Assembly: GCA_963760035.1 (NCBI GenBank)
Contig: CAVXBR010000011.1
Coordinates: 365-64,364 of the forward strand
Direction of reading: 5' to 3'
Origin: an uncultured Candidatus Micrarchaeota archaeon
Lineage (GTDB): Archaea; Micrarchaeota; Micrarchaeia; Micrarchaeales; Micrarchaeaceae
DNA length: 64,000 nucleotides
How positions within the stretch are numbered: the stretch's first letter is position 1; each line of letters begins with the position of its first letter. This document shows, piece after piece, positions 51,554 through 61,318 of the stretch. The position numbers and the translations under genes are program-made. The notes beneath the pieces were generated by a model. It saw only the letters and a program-made list of their open reading frames with translations. It did not search any database and was not told the origin of the DNA.

Positions 51554-51628
51554 CGGGCCTGACGGGATTTGAACCCGCGACCTTCAGATTAGAAGTCTGT
51601 TGCTCTATCCAAGCTGAGCTACAGGCCC
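51554..51628 (-). tRNA. tRNA-Arg (anticodon TCT)
   Basis: Hand fold of the reverse complement: acceptor GGGCCUG/CAGGCCC, anticodon loop CUUCUAA, T loop UUCAAAU, discriminator G. Confidence 0.85.
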
Positions 51629-51629
51629 G

Positions 51630-52427
51630 TCAATTACGCATCAATGTCAGCTTCGGCTTGCTGCTAATTTCTGTGCCGAAGAACCTCTTCGTGTTGGCGA
51701 CCATGGCACTCGCAGCCTGCTCGAAGGTGATTCTTTTCTCTTCCGCTATGATCTCAACCGCCTTCCCTACATCAGAGGGGGACTTTACGGCCGCCGGCGC
51801 GTCGCTCTCGACCATTATATTATCTATCGAAACCTCCTTTATAACCTTTCTCCTCCTTCCGGACTCGAGCGGAGGGAAGGACATCATGTAGCCCAACCGC
51901 TCTACCCGCTTCGCCTGCATTATGTTTCCTTCAAAGAAGTGGATGTGGGCCCTCTTTACGCCCTTTTCCTCGAGTATGGTGAGAACCTCATCGAGCGCCT
52001 CCCTCGAGTGTATTGAAACAGGGACATTGAGCTCAAGCGCAAGATCCAGCAGTCGCTTGAATACAGTCTTCTGCCACTCCATGTTACCTGCCTTTCCGTC
52101 AAGCCCTATCTCTCCTATGCCTACTATACCTGGCCCGAACGACCCCTTGATAAGCCCCACGACCGCTTCAAGCTCGTCAGGCTTGACCAGAACCGCATGC
52201 TCCGGGTCTATCCCCAGCATGGCGAATACGTTTTTGCCATCTGCCAGCCTCATCGCCGCCATGTTCGACTTTATATCGACCCCATTGGTTATCATCGTCT
52301 TTATGCTTGCGTTTATCGCCGCGCCTATCTCAGCAGCGCTCAGCAGGTCGAGATGACAGTGCGCGTCGGCAAGCTCGGTAGCGGTCTTCTGGTGGAGGTC
52401 CTGCTTCAGTATCTCCCTTGTCGCCAC
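51630..52427 (-). CDS. tatD: TatD-family metal-dependent hydrolase
   Basis: DAHCHLD, GEIGLD, SIHSREA and HIHFFEG metal-ligand motifs. Confidence 0.8.
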   Translation of the reverse strand: MATREILKQDLHQKTATELADAHCHLDLLSAAEIGAAINASIKTMITNGVDIKSNMAAMRLADGKNVFAMLGIDPEHAVLVKPDELEAVVGLIKGSFGPGIVGIGEIGLDGKAGNMEWQKTVFKRLLDLALELNVPVSIHSREALDEVLTILEEKGVKRAHIHFFEGNIMQAKRVERLGYMMSFPPLESGRRRKVIKEVSIDNIMVESDAPAAVKSPSDVGKAVEIIAEEKRITFEQAASAMVANTKRFFGTEISSKPKLTLMRN

Positions 52428-52431
52428 GCAT

Positions 52432-53337
52432 TCACCTTGTTATTTTTGTACCCGACCTTCCAGTGAGTATCTCTTCCAACTTGTAGAGGTTGCCTATGTA
52501 TGCCGCCCTGCCGCCTCCCCTGATGAAGTCGACACAGGCCTGCACCTTTGGCCTTATGGTGCCCTCCTCAAGCGAATCCATCATCGTGGAGAGCGACTTG
52601 ACCCTTATCTGCTTTATCGCCCTACCATCCGAGTCGCCGGCATGTAGATAGTCGGTATCCGTTAGTATGACCAGGATCTCTGCGTCTATGTCGTGGGCCA
52701 GGATTGCAGAGGTGAGGTCCTTGTCGACCACGGCCTCAACGCCATGGTATTTGCCTCCGCTCTTAATCATAGGTATTCCCCCTCCACCTCCTGCTACTAC
52801 GATCCCATTGACGGTAAGCGAGTTTATCATGTCCGACTCGAGCAGCACAAGCGGCTTCGGGGAGGGTACAACCCTCCTGTATCGGTTTCCCTTCTTTATG
52901 TAATTGAACTTGCCGCGCCTGAGCTCCGCCTTCAACTCAGTAGAGCTCATGAACTGGCCCACCGGCTTCCTTGGCGCCTTTCCTTTCTCGACCAAAACGT
53001 GTGATATTACTGTGCAGACCTCTGGCTTCTTTCGGCGAAGAAGTAGTTCCTCACTCAGTGCTGTGCTGATCGCCGACCCGATGACGGACTCGGTCTCGGC
53101 AGTCAGATAGTAGAGAGGAAGTTCGGGGACCTCCTTCGCTGCGACCTCGTTCCTCCAGAGCTCCCTCCCGACCTGTGGCCCATTCCCATGGGTCACGACT
53201 ATCCTGTTGCCGCTGAGATAAAGCTTTACTATCTCTCGTGCCACCTTCCTTATGTTGTCCGACTCCGAGCGGGGGTCGCTCATGGCTGAAGGGTCCGATA
53301 TCGCGTTCCCGCCGATGGCGACTACTATTCCCGTCAC
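52432..53337 (-). CDS. arcC: carbamate kinase
   Basis: VVAIGGNAI, VVTHGNGPQVG and VVAGGGGGIP motifs. 301 aa. Confidence 0.85.
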   Translation of the reverse strand: MTGIVVAIGGNAISDPSAMSDPRSESDNIRKVAREIVKLYLSGNRIVVTHGNGPQVGRELWRNEVAAKEVPELPLYYLTAETESVIGSAISTALSEELLLRRKKPEVCTVISHVLVEKGKAPRKPVGQFMSSTELKAELRRGKFNYIKKGNRYRRVVPSPKPLVLLESDMINSLTVNGIVVAGGGGGIPMIKSGGKYHGVEAVVDKDLTSAILAHDIDAEILVILTDTDYLHAGDSDGRAIKQIRVKSLSTMMDSLEEGTIRPKVQACVDFIRGGGRAAYIGNLYKLEEILTGRSGTKITR

Positions 53338-53376
53338 TAAACAACCTTTTTAAGCATCTGCCTCCATCTTATTCGG

Positions 53377-53976
53377 ATGATAAAGCTTATAATGTTCGAT
53401 ATTGGGGGCGTCATAGAGGACTATACCGAGGAGCAATACATAAGGTACATCTGCGCCAAGCTTAAGCTCGACAAGAAGGAGTTTGCTGACGAGCTTTTGA
53501 GGATATTGCCGAGCGCAGAAGAAGGGCGCATCTCGACAAGGGAGATGCTGGAGAGGGTCTCCATCCTCTTTGGGGTGCGCTTCAGCAAGTTGGAGTGGGC
53601 GGACTCGATAAGGAGGCTCGGAAGGATAAACCCCAAGATGGTCGCACTTGTGAATAGGCTCCATTCTAAGCATAGGGTCGTGCTCCTCACCAATGTGTCG
53701 AAGAGCAGGTACATGGAGAACGTCAGGTTCGGATTTTTCAGGCAGGTGAAGGTTGACCGGGTTTATGCATCATGCTACGTTGGCCTGTCCAAACCAGGGC
53801 AGCAGATATACAGGTATGTCCTGAAGAAGGAAAGGGTAAGTCCAGAGGAGGCCGTCTTCATCGACAATCTGGAGATCAATGTCCAAGGGGCGAGGAAGGT
53901 CGGGATTAGGGGGATACATTTCGTGGGCCAGGCAAAGCTCGTCCGCGACCTTAGGAAGCTAGGGATAAGGTGGTAG
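53377..53976 (+). CDS. HAD-superfamily hydrolase
   Basis: N-terminal IMFDIGGVI (motif I), LLTNVS (motif II), and K...FIDN (motifs III/IV). Confidence 0.7.
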   Translation: MIKLIMFDIGGVIEDYTEEQYIRYICAKLKLDKKEFADELLRILPSAEEGRISTREMLERVSILFGVRFSKLEWADSIRRLGRINPKMVALVNRLHSKHRVVLLTNVSKSRYMENVRFGFFRQVKVDRVYASCYVGLSKPGQQIYRYVLKKERVSPEEAVFIDNLEINVQGARKVGIRGIHFVGQAKLVRDLRKLGIRW

Positions 53977-53977
53977 G

Positions 53978-54826
53978 ATGCCCTACGGCTGGGAAAGGTG
54001 GATGGCAGGTAGATGGATAGCAGGGCCCGGCATCAATGATGCCCTCGAGAGAGCCAACGCCATAAACAAGAAAGGGATCTCGGTCCTGATAAACTATTTA
54101 GGTGAAGGCTTCACGGCAAGAACCGATGTTAATGACGCGGTCGAGACCTATCTAAAGCTGATAAAGGAGATGGAGAGGGGATGGGTAAAGGGGGACATCT
54201 CGGTAAAGCCGACCCAGATCGGGCTCTCCATCAGCTACCGCCTCATGATGGAGAACTATATAAAGATAATAGAAAGGGCGAAGAGGAGCGGCATCTTCGT
54301 CTGGTTAGACATGGAGGAGCCGCGCCATGTCCCTGCGGTGTTAAGGTTGTATGGGGAGGTGGGGATTCATGGTGGTGGCATATGCATACAGGCCTGCCTG
54401 AAGAGGAGCCTTGACGACGTGAAGGCGGTAGTAAGGGAGCACGGAGTTGTAAGGTTAGTAAAGGGCGCCTACGGTTACAAGGAGGGCATGGGGATGATAA
54501 ATGGTAGGGTTGAGATCGACTCTAATTACCTGGAGATAATGGAGTACTTGTTCAACCATTCGCCCAACTTCATGATAGCAACCCATGACACGTTAATTAT
54601 CAGGGAGGCACTGGGGCTTAACAGAAACCACAAAAGGAATGTGACCTATGCCATGCTCAACGGCATAAACAACAGGGCGGCAAAGGATCTGGCTGCCAAG
54701 GGAGAGAAGGTGGCGCTCTACCTTCCTTTCGGTACCAGATGGATAGGATATTCCTACAGGAGGATGAGGGAGGCGGGCCACCTCAGGCTGATTGTGGGGT
54801 CGCTCTTCAGAAGCCAACAGCTATAA
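53978..54826 (+). CDS. proline dehydrogenase
   Basis: SVKPTQIGL, VWLDMEE and VRLVKGAY motifs of the PRODH TIM barrel. Confidence 0.75.
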   Translation: MPYGWERWMAGRWIAGPGINDALERANAINKKGISVLINYLGEGFTARTDVNDAVETYLKLIKEMERGWVKGDISVKPTQIGLSISYRLMMENYIKIIERAKRSGIFVWLDMEEPRHVPAVLRLYGEVGIHGGGICIQACLKRSLDDVKAVVREHGVVRLVKGAYGYKEGMGMINGRVEIDSNYLEIMEYLFNHSPNFMIATHDTLIIREALGLNRNHKRNVTYAMLNGINNRAAKDLAAKGEKVALYLPFGTRWIGYSYRRMREAGHLRLIVGSLFRSQQL

Positions 54827-54853
54827 ATAATATCAATCCGCCATTTATATCGC

Positions 54854-54926
54854 AGCCCCATCGTCTAGTGGCCAAGGACAGCGGGCTTTGGACCCGCGAA
54901 CATCGGTTCGAATCCGGTTGGGGCTA
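54854..54926 (+). tRNA. tRNA-Gln (anticodon TTG)
   Basis: Acceptor AGCCCCA/UGGGGCU, anticodon stem GCGGG/CCCGC with loop CUUUGGA, T loop UUCGAAU. Confidence 0.85.
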
Positions 54927-55811
54927 TTGCAGGAACTCCGAGGCCTCATCCTTCAGGCTCCTTGCGACGGCTATGATGCCGCCCTGGAGCGCGCTTACAT
55001 CGAGCCCGAACTTCTTCTTCAGCAACCTTGAGGTATGGAGGGCCATTATCCCATCATAAGAGACCAGCACCAGGGGCATCATCTTCTGTATCTCGGACTT
55101 GCTGCACTTTAGGAGGTGGCTCCCGCTCATCTGCACCATCTTGTCTTCGCTTACTCCCAGGACCTTGTCTGCCTCCTCATCTGGTTCTACACCCATCCAT
55201 AGGAACCTGGCGCCGCCAGATTCGACCATCGCCCTGGCCTCCTTGAAGGTGATTCCGGCTCCGAGGTCACCTTTGTTGAATGAGTAGCTGTGCTCGGGTT
55301 GCAGCGCCGCCTTTCTCTCCTCGTCTTCCTCGTACTCCTCAAACTCTATAACCTCCTCTATGAAGGCCGCCATTATCGTAGCTTGGTGGGTTGGTATTCC
55401 GTGTATCTCGGTCTCTCCCCTAAGGGTTGTGAATGGATCGGAACCTCCCTGTATATGCAGCTTGATCGATGAGAAAAACAGCCCGTTTGATATTGTTACG
55501 CTTATTATGTGCTTGTAGGGCAGTATCGCGTAGCGGGTAGAGCTGGTCACGTCATGGCCGAAATAAAGCCCCCAGAAGGATGGGTCGACTATTATCAGCC
55601 TCCTCTTGGTGGCAACCAAACGGGACGGGTCGATCGATGCGAATAGGCTCTGTTTCGCCTCTATTACCGTCTCCTCGTCCCTGTAGAGCACGTGCTTGAG
55701 AAGGTTCATGCACCTTCTGCTATGCCTGTGCCTCCTGATGCCGCTCTTGTCTAGAGAGGAACAGGCCCTGTTAATGGCCTTTTCAAAGCTTGTTTGCATC
55801 TGTCGCACCAA
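54924..55811 (-). CDS. hypothetical protein with possible PH-like (bPH) N-terminal and rhodanese-like C-terminal domains
   Basis: The C-terminal segment PLVLVSYDGIMALHTSRLLKKK resembles a rhodanese loop lacking the catalytic Cys. Weak call. Confidence 0.35.
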   Translation of the reverse strand: MVRQMQTSFEKAINRACSSLDKSGIRRHRHSRRCMNLLKHVLYRDEETVIEAKQSLFASIDPSRLVATKRRLIIVDPSFWGLYFGHDVTSSTRYAILPYKHIISVTISNGLFFSSIKLHIQGGSDPFTTLRGETEIHGIPTHQATIMAAFIEEVIEFEEYEEDEERKAALQPEHSYSFNKGDLGAGITFKEARAMVESGGARFLWMGVEPDEEADKVLGVSEDKMVQMSGSHLLKCSKSEIQKMMPLVLVSYDGIMALHTSRLLKKKFGLDVSALQGGIIAVARSLKDEASEFLQ

Positions 55812-55877
55812 AATCAGTGGATAATCAAGAAAGTTATGCGCAGAGAAGATATTACAGCTTTGCGGAGTGATAGGCTA

Positions 55878-55887
55878 CTTTTAAATA
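55878..55887 (+). promoter_or_regulatory. TATA box (CTTTTAAATA) for the C/D-box sRNA
   Basis: Centred about 26 nt upstream of the C box. Confidence 0.5.
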
Positions 55888-55908
55888 GCGTGGCTGGAAA
55901 GCTTATAC

Positions 55909-55957
55909 AGTGATGAGACGAGGTATTTCTGACCTGTGATGAAAAGAGAGTCGCTGA
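55909..55957 (+). ncRNA. archaeal C/D-box sRNA (2'-O-methylation guide)
   Basis: aGTGATGA (C) - 12 nt - CTGA (D') - 3 nt - GTGATGA (C') - 11 nt - CTGA (D). This is canonical archaeal box spacing, in an intergenic position. Confidence 0.7.
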
Positions 55958-56004
55958 CGCGGCTTGCCTTGATCGCATCGCTCCACTTTATTGGCGTGCT
56001 ATAA

Positions 56005-57582
56005 ATGGGGGTTTCAACAGGCAGCACAAGGTTAACTAAATACACTTTGGTAGTAATCGCTGCAGTTCTTATTAGTATCATTTATTGGTCTCTTTTCTCA
56101 GTGCATGCCTACAATACCTATCATGAATATCCTGACGTTGGGATATACTCATTCGACATGTATTATCATCTCCATTATCCAGGAATAGTCAATGGACTCC
56201 AGTATTTGGTGTTTGGCAATCATATAGCCCCAGACCAGCTCTTGGCGCTGCCCCTCTTTTTACTCCTTCCCTCCGCCGTCACACTCGAGGTATTTCAAAG
56301 TATAGTTTTAGCACTTACAGGGCTTGTCATATTTTTCATAGCTAAGGATCTGCTTAAGAATGAGAAGGTAGCTATGCTTCTCGCCTTGGCGTTTCTTCTG
56401 AATCCGGGCATCTGGGGGATGCTGATATTCGACTACCATGCCGAGATGTTCATTCCGCTCTTTCTTCTGTTGACCTTTTACTCCATGGTAAAAAACAGAA
56501 AGTATCTGTTTGTCGCCTCTTTGCTCCTGCTGCTTGGAACCATTGAGGTCTCTCCCTTCATCGCGCTTGCGCTGGCAATCTCCATGGGTGCCTATGCATT
56601 GGTGAGGGAAAAGAACCGTGCAGTTCGAAGGAGCTGGCTAAAGTACTCGGGGATTGTGGCAATTGCAGCGGTAGTGGTTTTCTTGGCCTACGGCTTCCTA
56701 ACGAGCTATCTTGCTAACGCCTATAATTCAGGGCAGTACCCCCTCCTTCCGCAGATAAGCATGCTGCCGGCAACAACTTCTGGGCAGTTCAGCCAGGTAG
56801 GGGTAGGGTTAAGCAATTATGGCGTAGTAAGCCAGTTTTGGTACTTCAGGTCCATGGATGGCTATCTGTTGTACGCTCTTGCTGTCATTTTGGTAGGTTT
56901 TGGGGTCGCCTGCCTCTTTGACCCGCTTTTTGCGCTATTATTCGTTTCTCCGTGGTTGTTCGAAATGCTTATCGTCGGCAACACGACATTCCTTTTTGTA
57001 TGGTACCAGTACTTCTCCTACGCCATAGGCGGGGCGGTCTGTATTACTCTATTGACATTGCGCAGCCTGGGATCAACCGATATTAGGAGGTCATTTTCTT
57101 TGCTTGGCTCTATTAAAACCAATTCAAAATACCTTACCCTCTCAGTACCCATATGCGTCATAATAATTTGCCTATTTTATCCGCACTTTGTCCGGTCGAT
57201 AAACCTGAATAATCTCGGGCAAAGCTTCCTCTTCCAGTCCAACTCAAGTCAAATGTTGCAGATAAGGCAGCTGGACTCCTTGATCAATCTAATACCTTCA
57301 AATGCGCCTCTCATGGCCCCCTATTTCACCATGCCACAGCTCTTCGGGCGCAGGTATTTTGAGATTATACCGGCGGGCTATTCTAACTATACCGTTGTTT
57401 CGACAAATGAGATCCAAGGGGAGATGTGGTTCCAGCCGGAATATGTGCTTGCAGACTTCAATAACAATATAAGCCTGAATTCGGGGTCTGACTATCAGCT
57501 TCAGAACTTTGAGAACATAACTGCAAACGGTTATTCGTTATACGCAGAGAACGGGACGGCGATGCTGTACAGGAAGAGTTGA
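56005..57582 (+). CDS. large polytopic membrane protein (DUF2079/GT-C glycosyltransferase-like)
   Basis: About 12 TM helices in the N-terminal 400 aa, followed by a soluble C-terminal domain. The family call is tentative. Confidence 0.5.
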   Translation: MGVSTGSTRLTKYTLVVIAAVLISIIYWSLFSVHAYNTYHEYPDVGIYSFDMYYHLHYPGIVNGLQYLVFGNHIAPDQLLALPLFLLLPSAVTLEVFQSIVLALTGLVIFFIAKDLLKNEKVAMLLALAFLLNPGIWGMLIFDYHAEMFIPLFLLLTFYSMVKNRKYLFVASLLLLLGTIEVSPFIALALAISMGAYALVREKNRAVRRSWLKYSGIVAIAAVVVFLAYGFLTSYLANAYNSGQYPLLPQISMLPATTSGQFSQVGVGLSNYGVVSQFWYFRSMDGYLLYALAVILVGFGVACLFDPLFALLFVSPWLFEMLIVGNTTFLFVWYQYFSYAIGGAVCITLLTLRSLGSTDIRRSFSLLGSIKTNSKYLTLSVPICVIIICLFYPHFVRSINLNNLGQSFLFQSNSSQMLQIRQLDSLINLIPSNAPLMAPYFTMPQLFGRRYFEIIPAGYSNYTVVSTNEIQGEMWFQPEYVLADFNNNISLNSGSDYQLQNFENITANGYSLYAENGTAMLYRKS

Positions 57583-58548
57583 TTATCCGCTTGTGAAATT
57601 CCTCAATATTACTCCCCATTCTACCGCCGTAAACCCATTCCTCGTTTGTGCAGTGAGGTTTGGTTCTGGGATTGAAACAGGCGCGTTGAGCTTTTGGATG
57701 ACCAGGATTACTCTAATAGTGGTGTTGGGTTTTGGTGATATACTAAGCACGCTGGTTTTGTTGAGTTGGGAACCGTTCAGTAAACTTATTAAATAATAAT
57801 TGGCGATGGGGAGATTTTGATCCCAATAACCCATAAAGTCGTTTGTCTCATTATAGCTCAAACCCATTCTTGGCAGGGTGGCGTTGAACCAGTCAGTTAT
57901 GTTGTTTTTAGACACGACCCAGCCTGTAGTTAAAGAGAGGTTCCATGGGGCCTTGGTTTCGTAAAATAGGTAGGGGTATTGTGTGCCGTTTTGTATTATT
58001 TTGCCGTTAGGTTCCGCAATAACGGCCCAGGTGCCATTGATCCCAATTGTGGGGTCAGTGGCGGTTAGGTAACCATTCGGTATATTTAGTGTAACGCTTA
58101 CGTTTATCATGTTCTCGGGGTATAGATAGATAACCGGCTTATCGGCACAGGCACTAAATGGGCCACCACACGGGCCCCAAGGGCCATGGCTTTGCTGCGA
58201 ACTTACATAAGATAAGCCTATGGTTAATAGAATGAATAATATTAACATTAGTATGAACGTCTTTAGAATAAATGGTTTACTTACCGTATTTAATGTCTCT
58301 GCTTTTGGCCACATAAACCTTCCAACTCCTTTGAATATTATTCCAAGAGTTAGCAAGATTACGCTTATTAGGAAGATTAAACTGGTATAACCACCCAGAT
58401 AACCATAGGGCGAGAGTAGTAAAGAAATAAAAGCAGTGGCGAAGAGGGACAAAATTAAAACAACTCCAGTAAAGAAAGTTAGCAGTGAAATTTTGTCCGC
58501 TATCCTCCTTCTTCTCAAGCCTTTTTCCCCAGCTGGTTTATCCACCAT
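57583..58548 (-). CDS. hypothetical membrane-anchored secreted protein
   Basis: Three N-terminal TM helices, then an extracellular domain with several N-x-S/T sequons. Confidence 0.4.
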   Translation of the reverse strand: MVDKPAGEKGLRRRRIADKISLLTFFTGVVLILSLFATAFISLLLSPYGYLGGYTSLIFLISVILLTLGIIFKGVGRFMWPKAETLNTVSKPFILKTFILMLILFILLTIGLSYVSSQQSHGPWGPCGGPFSACADKPVIYLYPENMINVSVTLNIPNGYLTATDPTIGINGTWAVIAEPNGKIIQNGTQYPYLFYETKAPWNLSLTTGWVVSKNNITDWFNATLPRMGLSYNETNDFMGYWDQNLPIANYYLISLLNGSQLNKTSVLSISPKPNTTIRVILVIQKLNAPVSIPEPNLTAQTRNGFTAVEWGVILRNFTSG

Positions 58549-58647
58549 AAAATAGCTATAAGTTAGAGACCTTTTAGCACTTTGGGAAGTGTTCAGATCA
58601 TCACCTATTTTGAACGCATTTTCTACGACGTGTCGGAGTCGATAAAA

Positions 58648-58733
58648 TGCAGGGAGAGAGATTTGAACTCTCGAACCCGCTAAGGGACTGAACCCTAAAT
58701 CCAGCGCATTTGACCAGGCTTTGCTATCCCTGC
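58648..58733 (-). tRNA. tRNA-Leu (anticodon TAG), long variable arm
   Basis: Reverse complement: acceptor GCAGGGA/UCCCUGC, anticodon stem CUGGA/UUCAG with loop UUUAGGG, about 13-nt variable arm, T loop UUCAAAU. Confidence 0.85.
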
Positions 58734-58809
58734 ATTTATTTTATAATAGGTTTGTAGGCACTGTTTATATTCCTTTGGAGAGAAAGTATAGACGGTAACG
58801 GGCTTCTAA

Positions 58810-60111
58810 ATGATAAACACAAAGTACGTGAGGGAAAACCTGGCTCAGATACGTGAAACGCTGAAAAACAGGGCCAGCAAGTTCCCCATTGACGACCTAC
58901 TTGCATCCGATGAGAAGTGGAGGAAGCTCAAGACAGAACTCCAAGAGCTACAGTCGAAAAGGAACAAGGCAAGCATTGAGATATCGGAGGCCAAGAAGAA
59001 GGGACAGGAGATAAAAGACAAGATAGCCGCCCTCGCTTCGCTTAAGACGCAGATGGAGGCGATGGAGGCAGATGTTTTGAAATATGAGGGGCAAATTGAC
59101 GCACTCATTTGGAATGTGCCGAATGCACTCGACAAATCAGTCCCGATAGGAATGCCGCCTGAGGCAAACAAGACTTTGAAGGTGGTGGGAGAAATAAAAA
59201 AGAAGGGAGGCCCGAGTCATGAGGGGATACTCTCGAAGCTTGATCTTCTTGACGTCGAAAGGGCTGCCAAAACTGCAGGGGCAAGATTCTATTTCATGAG
59301 GGGCGACCTCGTTCTTTTGGAGCAGTCTCTCCTTAGGTATGCACTTGACAAGATGTCGAAAAAAGGTTATATGCCAATACTCCCGCCGTTTATGTTAAAG
59401 AAAAGATATTACAAAGGAGTTGCGCCGCTGGGGGTCTTCGAAGATGCCCTTTATCGCATATCGGAGGCCAACGAGGCTGCCAATGTCAAGGATGCGGAGC
59501 ACCTGGACGAGGAACTCTTCTTAATCAGCACCGCAGAGCACGCACTAGCATCGATGCACGCTGAGGAGCTGATCAAGGGCTCAGATTTGCCGCTCAAATA
59601 TGCCGGCATAAGTCCCTCGTTTAGGAGAGAAGCCGGAGCTCACGGTAAGGACACGAAGGGAATATTCAGAGTACATCAGTTCAACAAGGTTGAGCAGTTC
59701 ATATACTGCAAACAAGAGGATGAGGAGAAGTATTTCAACGAGCTTCTCGGCAACTCGGAAGAGATACTCAAGGATCTTGGAATACCCTACCGTCTCGTAT
59801 TCCTTTGCAGCGGAGATACGGGTCATCAGATGACAAAAACGGTGGATTTCGAGTGCTGGTTCCCGAGTCAGAATGACTACCGCGAGCTAGGCTCCTGTTC
59901 GAGCGCAGGAACATGGCAGAGCATGAGGCTAGACATAAAATACGAGGAGAAGGGAGAGCGCAAATATGTCTCGACTCTCAATAACACCGCGATAAGCGCC
60001 CAGAGAACTCTCGCCTGCCTTATTGAAAACTATGCAAACCCTGATGGAAGCATAGATATTCCTAAAGTTCTTGTCCCTTACATGGGAAAAAGCAGGATAA
60101 CCAAGCAGTGA
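58810..60111 (+). CDS. serS: seryl-tRNA synthetase
   Basis: N-terminal coiled-coil arm. Class II motifs include SPSFRREAGAHGKDTKGIFRVHQFNKVE. Confidence 0.9.
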   Translation: MINTKYVRENLAQIRETLKNRASKFPIDDLLASDEKWRKLKTELQELQSKRNKASIEISEAKKKGQEIKDKIAALASLKTQMEAMEADVLKYEGQIDALIWNVPNALDKSVPIGMPPEANKTLKVVGEIKKKGGPSHEGILSKLDLLDVERAAKTAGARFYFMRGDLVLLEQSLLRYALDKMSKKGYMPILPPFMLKKRYYKGVAPLGVFEDALYRISEANEAANVKDAEHLDEELFLISTAEHALASMHAEELIKGSDLPLKYAGISPSFRREAGAHGKDTKGIFRVHQFNKVEQFIYCKQEDEEKYFNELLGNSEEILKDLGIPYRLVFLCSGDTGHQMTKTVDFECWFPSQNDYRELGSCSSAGTWQSMRLDIKYEEKGERKYVSTLNNTAISAQRTLACLIENYANPDGSIDIPKVLVPYMGKSRITKQ

Positions 60112-60115
60112 GACA

Positions 60116-61318
60116 GTGGCGGGCAACGAATACACCATAAAGAGGGAGCTGAAGAGGCTCGCCGCCATAAGGGGATCCGGCACCGAGCTCATAAGTGTCT
60201 ACATACCTCCCGATTTTTCTCTATCAGAGGAGATGGGCAAGCTGAAGGAAGAATCAAGCCAGGCGGGCAACATAAAGTCCAAGGCGACCCGCCAGAATGT
60301 CCAGGGGGCCCTCGACAGGATAATACAGTTCCTGCGTCTTTACAAGAAGATTCCACCCAACGGCATCGCGATCTTCGCGGGCAACATCTCGAGCATACAG
60401 GCAAACCCACAGATCGAGCTCTTCACCATCGAGCCTTTGGGCGTCCTGAAGTCCAACATCTACCGCTGCGACTCCGAGTTCCTGCTGGAGCCGCTCGAGT
60501 CCATGATGGAGGCCAGTGACATGTACATACTTGTCGTCCTCGATGGCAGGGATGCCACCGTTGGCATACTGAAGGGGGCGCGCTTCGAGCTGGTTAAGAA
60601 GGTACGGTCCTTTGCTTCCTCCAAGTCCAGCAAGGGAGGCCAATCGGCCGGCAGGTATGAGCGAGCCATAGAGGAGAGCATCGACGATTATTACAAGATG
60701 GTCGCTGACGCTGCCAATGACATCTATCTCAAGTACACCAAGAAGATAACTGGCCTTATCGTCGGAGGGCCTGGCCCCAACAAGGAGAACTTCATCAAGT
60801 CGAAGAATCTCAACTATCAGATAAAGGTGCTCGGAGTCTTCGACACCGGCTACACTGACGAGCATACTGGCGTCAACGAGCTCCTGGAGAGGTCGAAGGA
60901 GCTGCTTTCGAAGCAGACGGTAATCAAGGAGCGCGCAGTAATGGAACGCTTCCTTGACGAGGTCTCAAGAAACGGGATGGCAACCTACGGCTACGACAAG
61001 GTAAAGAACGCCATCGACAACGAGAATGTATCGAAGCTTATAATAAGTGAGGAGCTTGAGCTCACCTCTGTCTCCTACCTATGCAGCAACTGCAAGCAGG
61101 AGATCACCGACGTCGAGGAGGGCAACTTCCGGAAGACGAAGCATGAATGCGGCGGTAACCTCGAGATAACAGCGCAGAAGGACGTGGTGGAGGAGCTGAT
61201 AGAGATCGCCGAGAAGAAGGGGATAGAGATGGTCTTCATATCATCCGAGACACCCCATGGAAAGCAGCTGCTCCTGGGGTTCAAGGGTATCGCGGCGATG
61301 CTTCGCTACAGGAGATGA
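60116..61318 (+). CDS. prf1: peptide chain release factor aRF1
   Basis: NIKS and GGQS motifs. GTG start 4 nt after the serS stop. Confidence 0.9.
   Translation: MAGNEYTIKRELKRLAAIRGSGTELISVYIPPDFSLSEEMGKLKEESSQAGNIKSKATRQNVQGALDRIIQFLRLYKKIPPNGIAIFAGNISSIQANPQIELFTIEPLGVLKSNIYRCDSEFLLEPLESMMEASDMYILVVLDGRDATVGILKGARFELVKKVRSFASSKSSKGGQSAGRYERAIEESIDDYYKMVADAANDIYLKYTKKITGLIVGGPGPNKENFIKSKNLNYQIKVLGVFDTGYTDEHTGVNELLERSKELLSKQTVIKERAVMERFLDEVSRNGMATYGYDKVKNAIDNENVSKLIISEELELTSVSYLCSNCKQEITDVEEGNFRKTKHECGGNLEITAQKDVVEELIEIAEKKGIEMVFISSETPHGKQLLLGFKGIAAMLRYRR

Noticed and set aside
55881-56081. 66-aa minus-strand ORF
   Set aside because: It overlaps the C/D-box sRNA and its promoter, and also the 5' end of the membrane protein gene. 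It has no supporting features.
58592-58604. GGTGATGATCTGA on the minus strand as a second C/D-box sRNA
   Set aside because: The C and D boxes are separated by a single nucleotide with no guide spacer and no second box pair. It is probably a chance occurrence next to tRNA-Leu.
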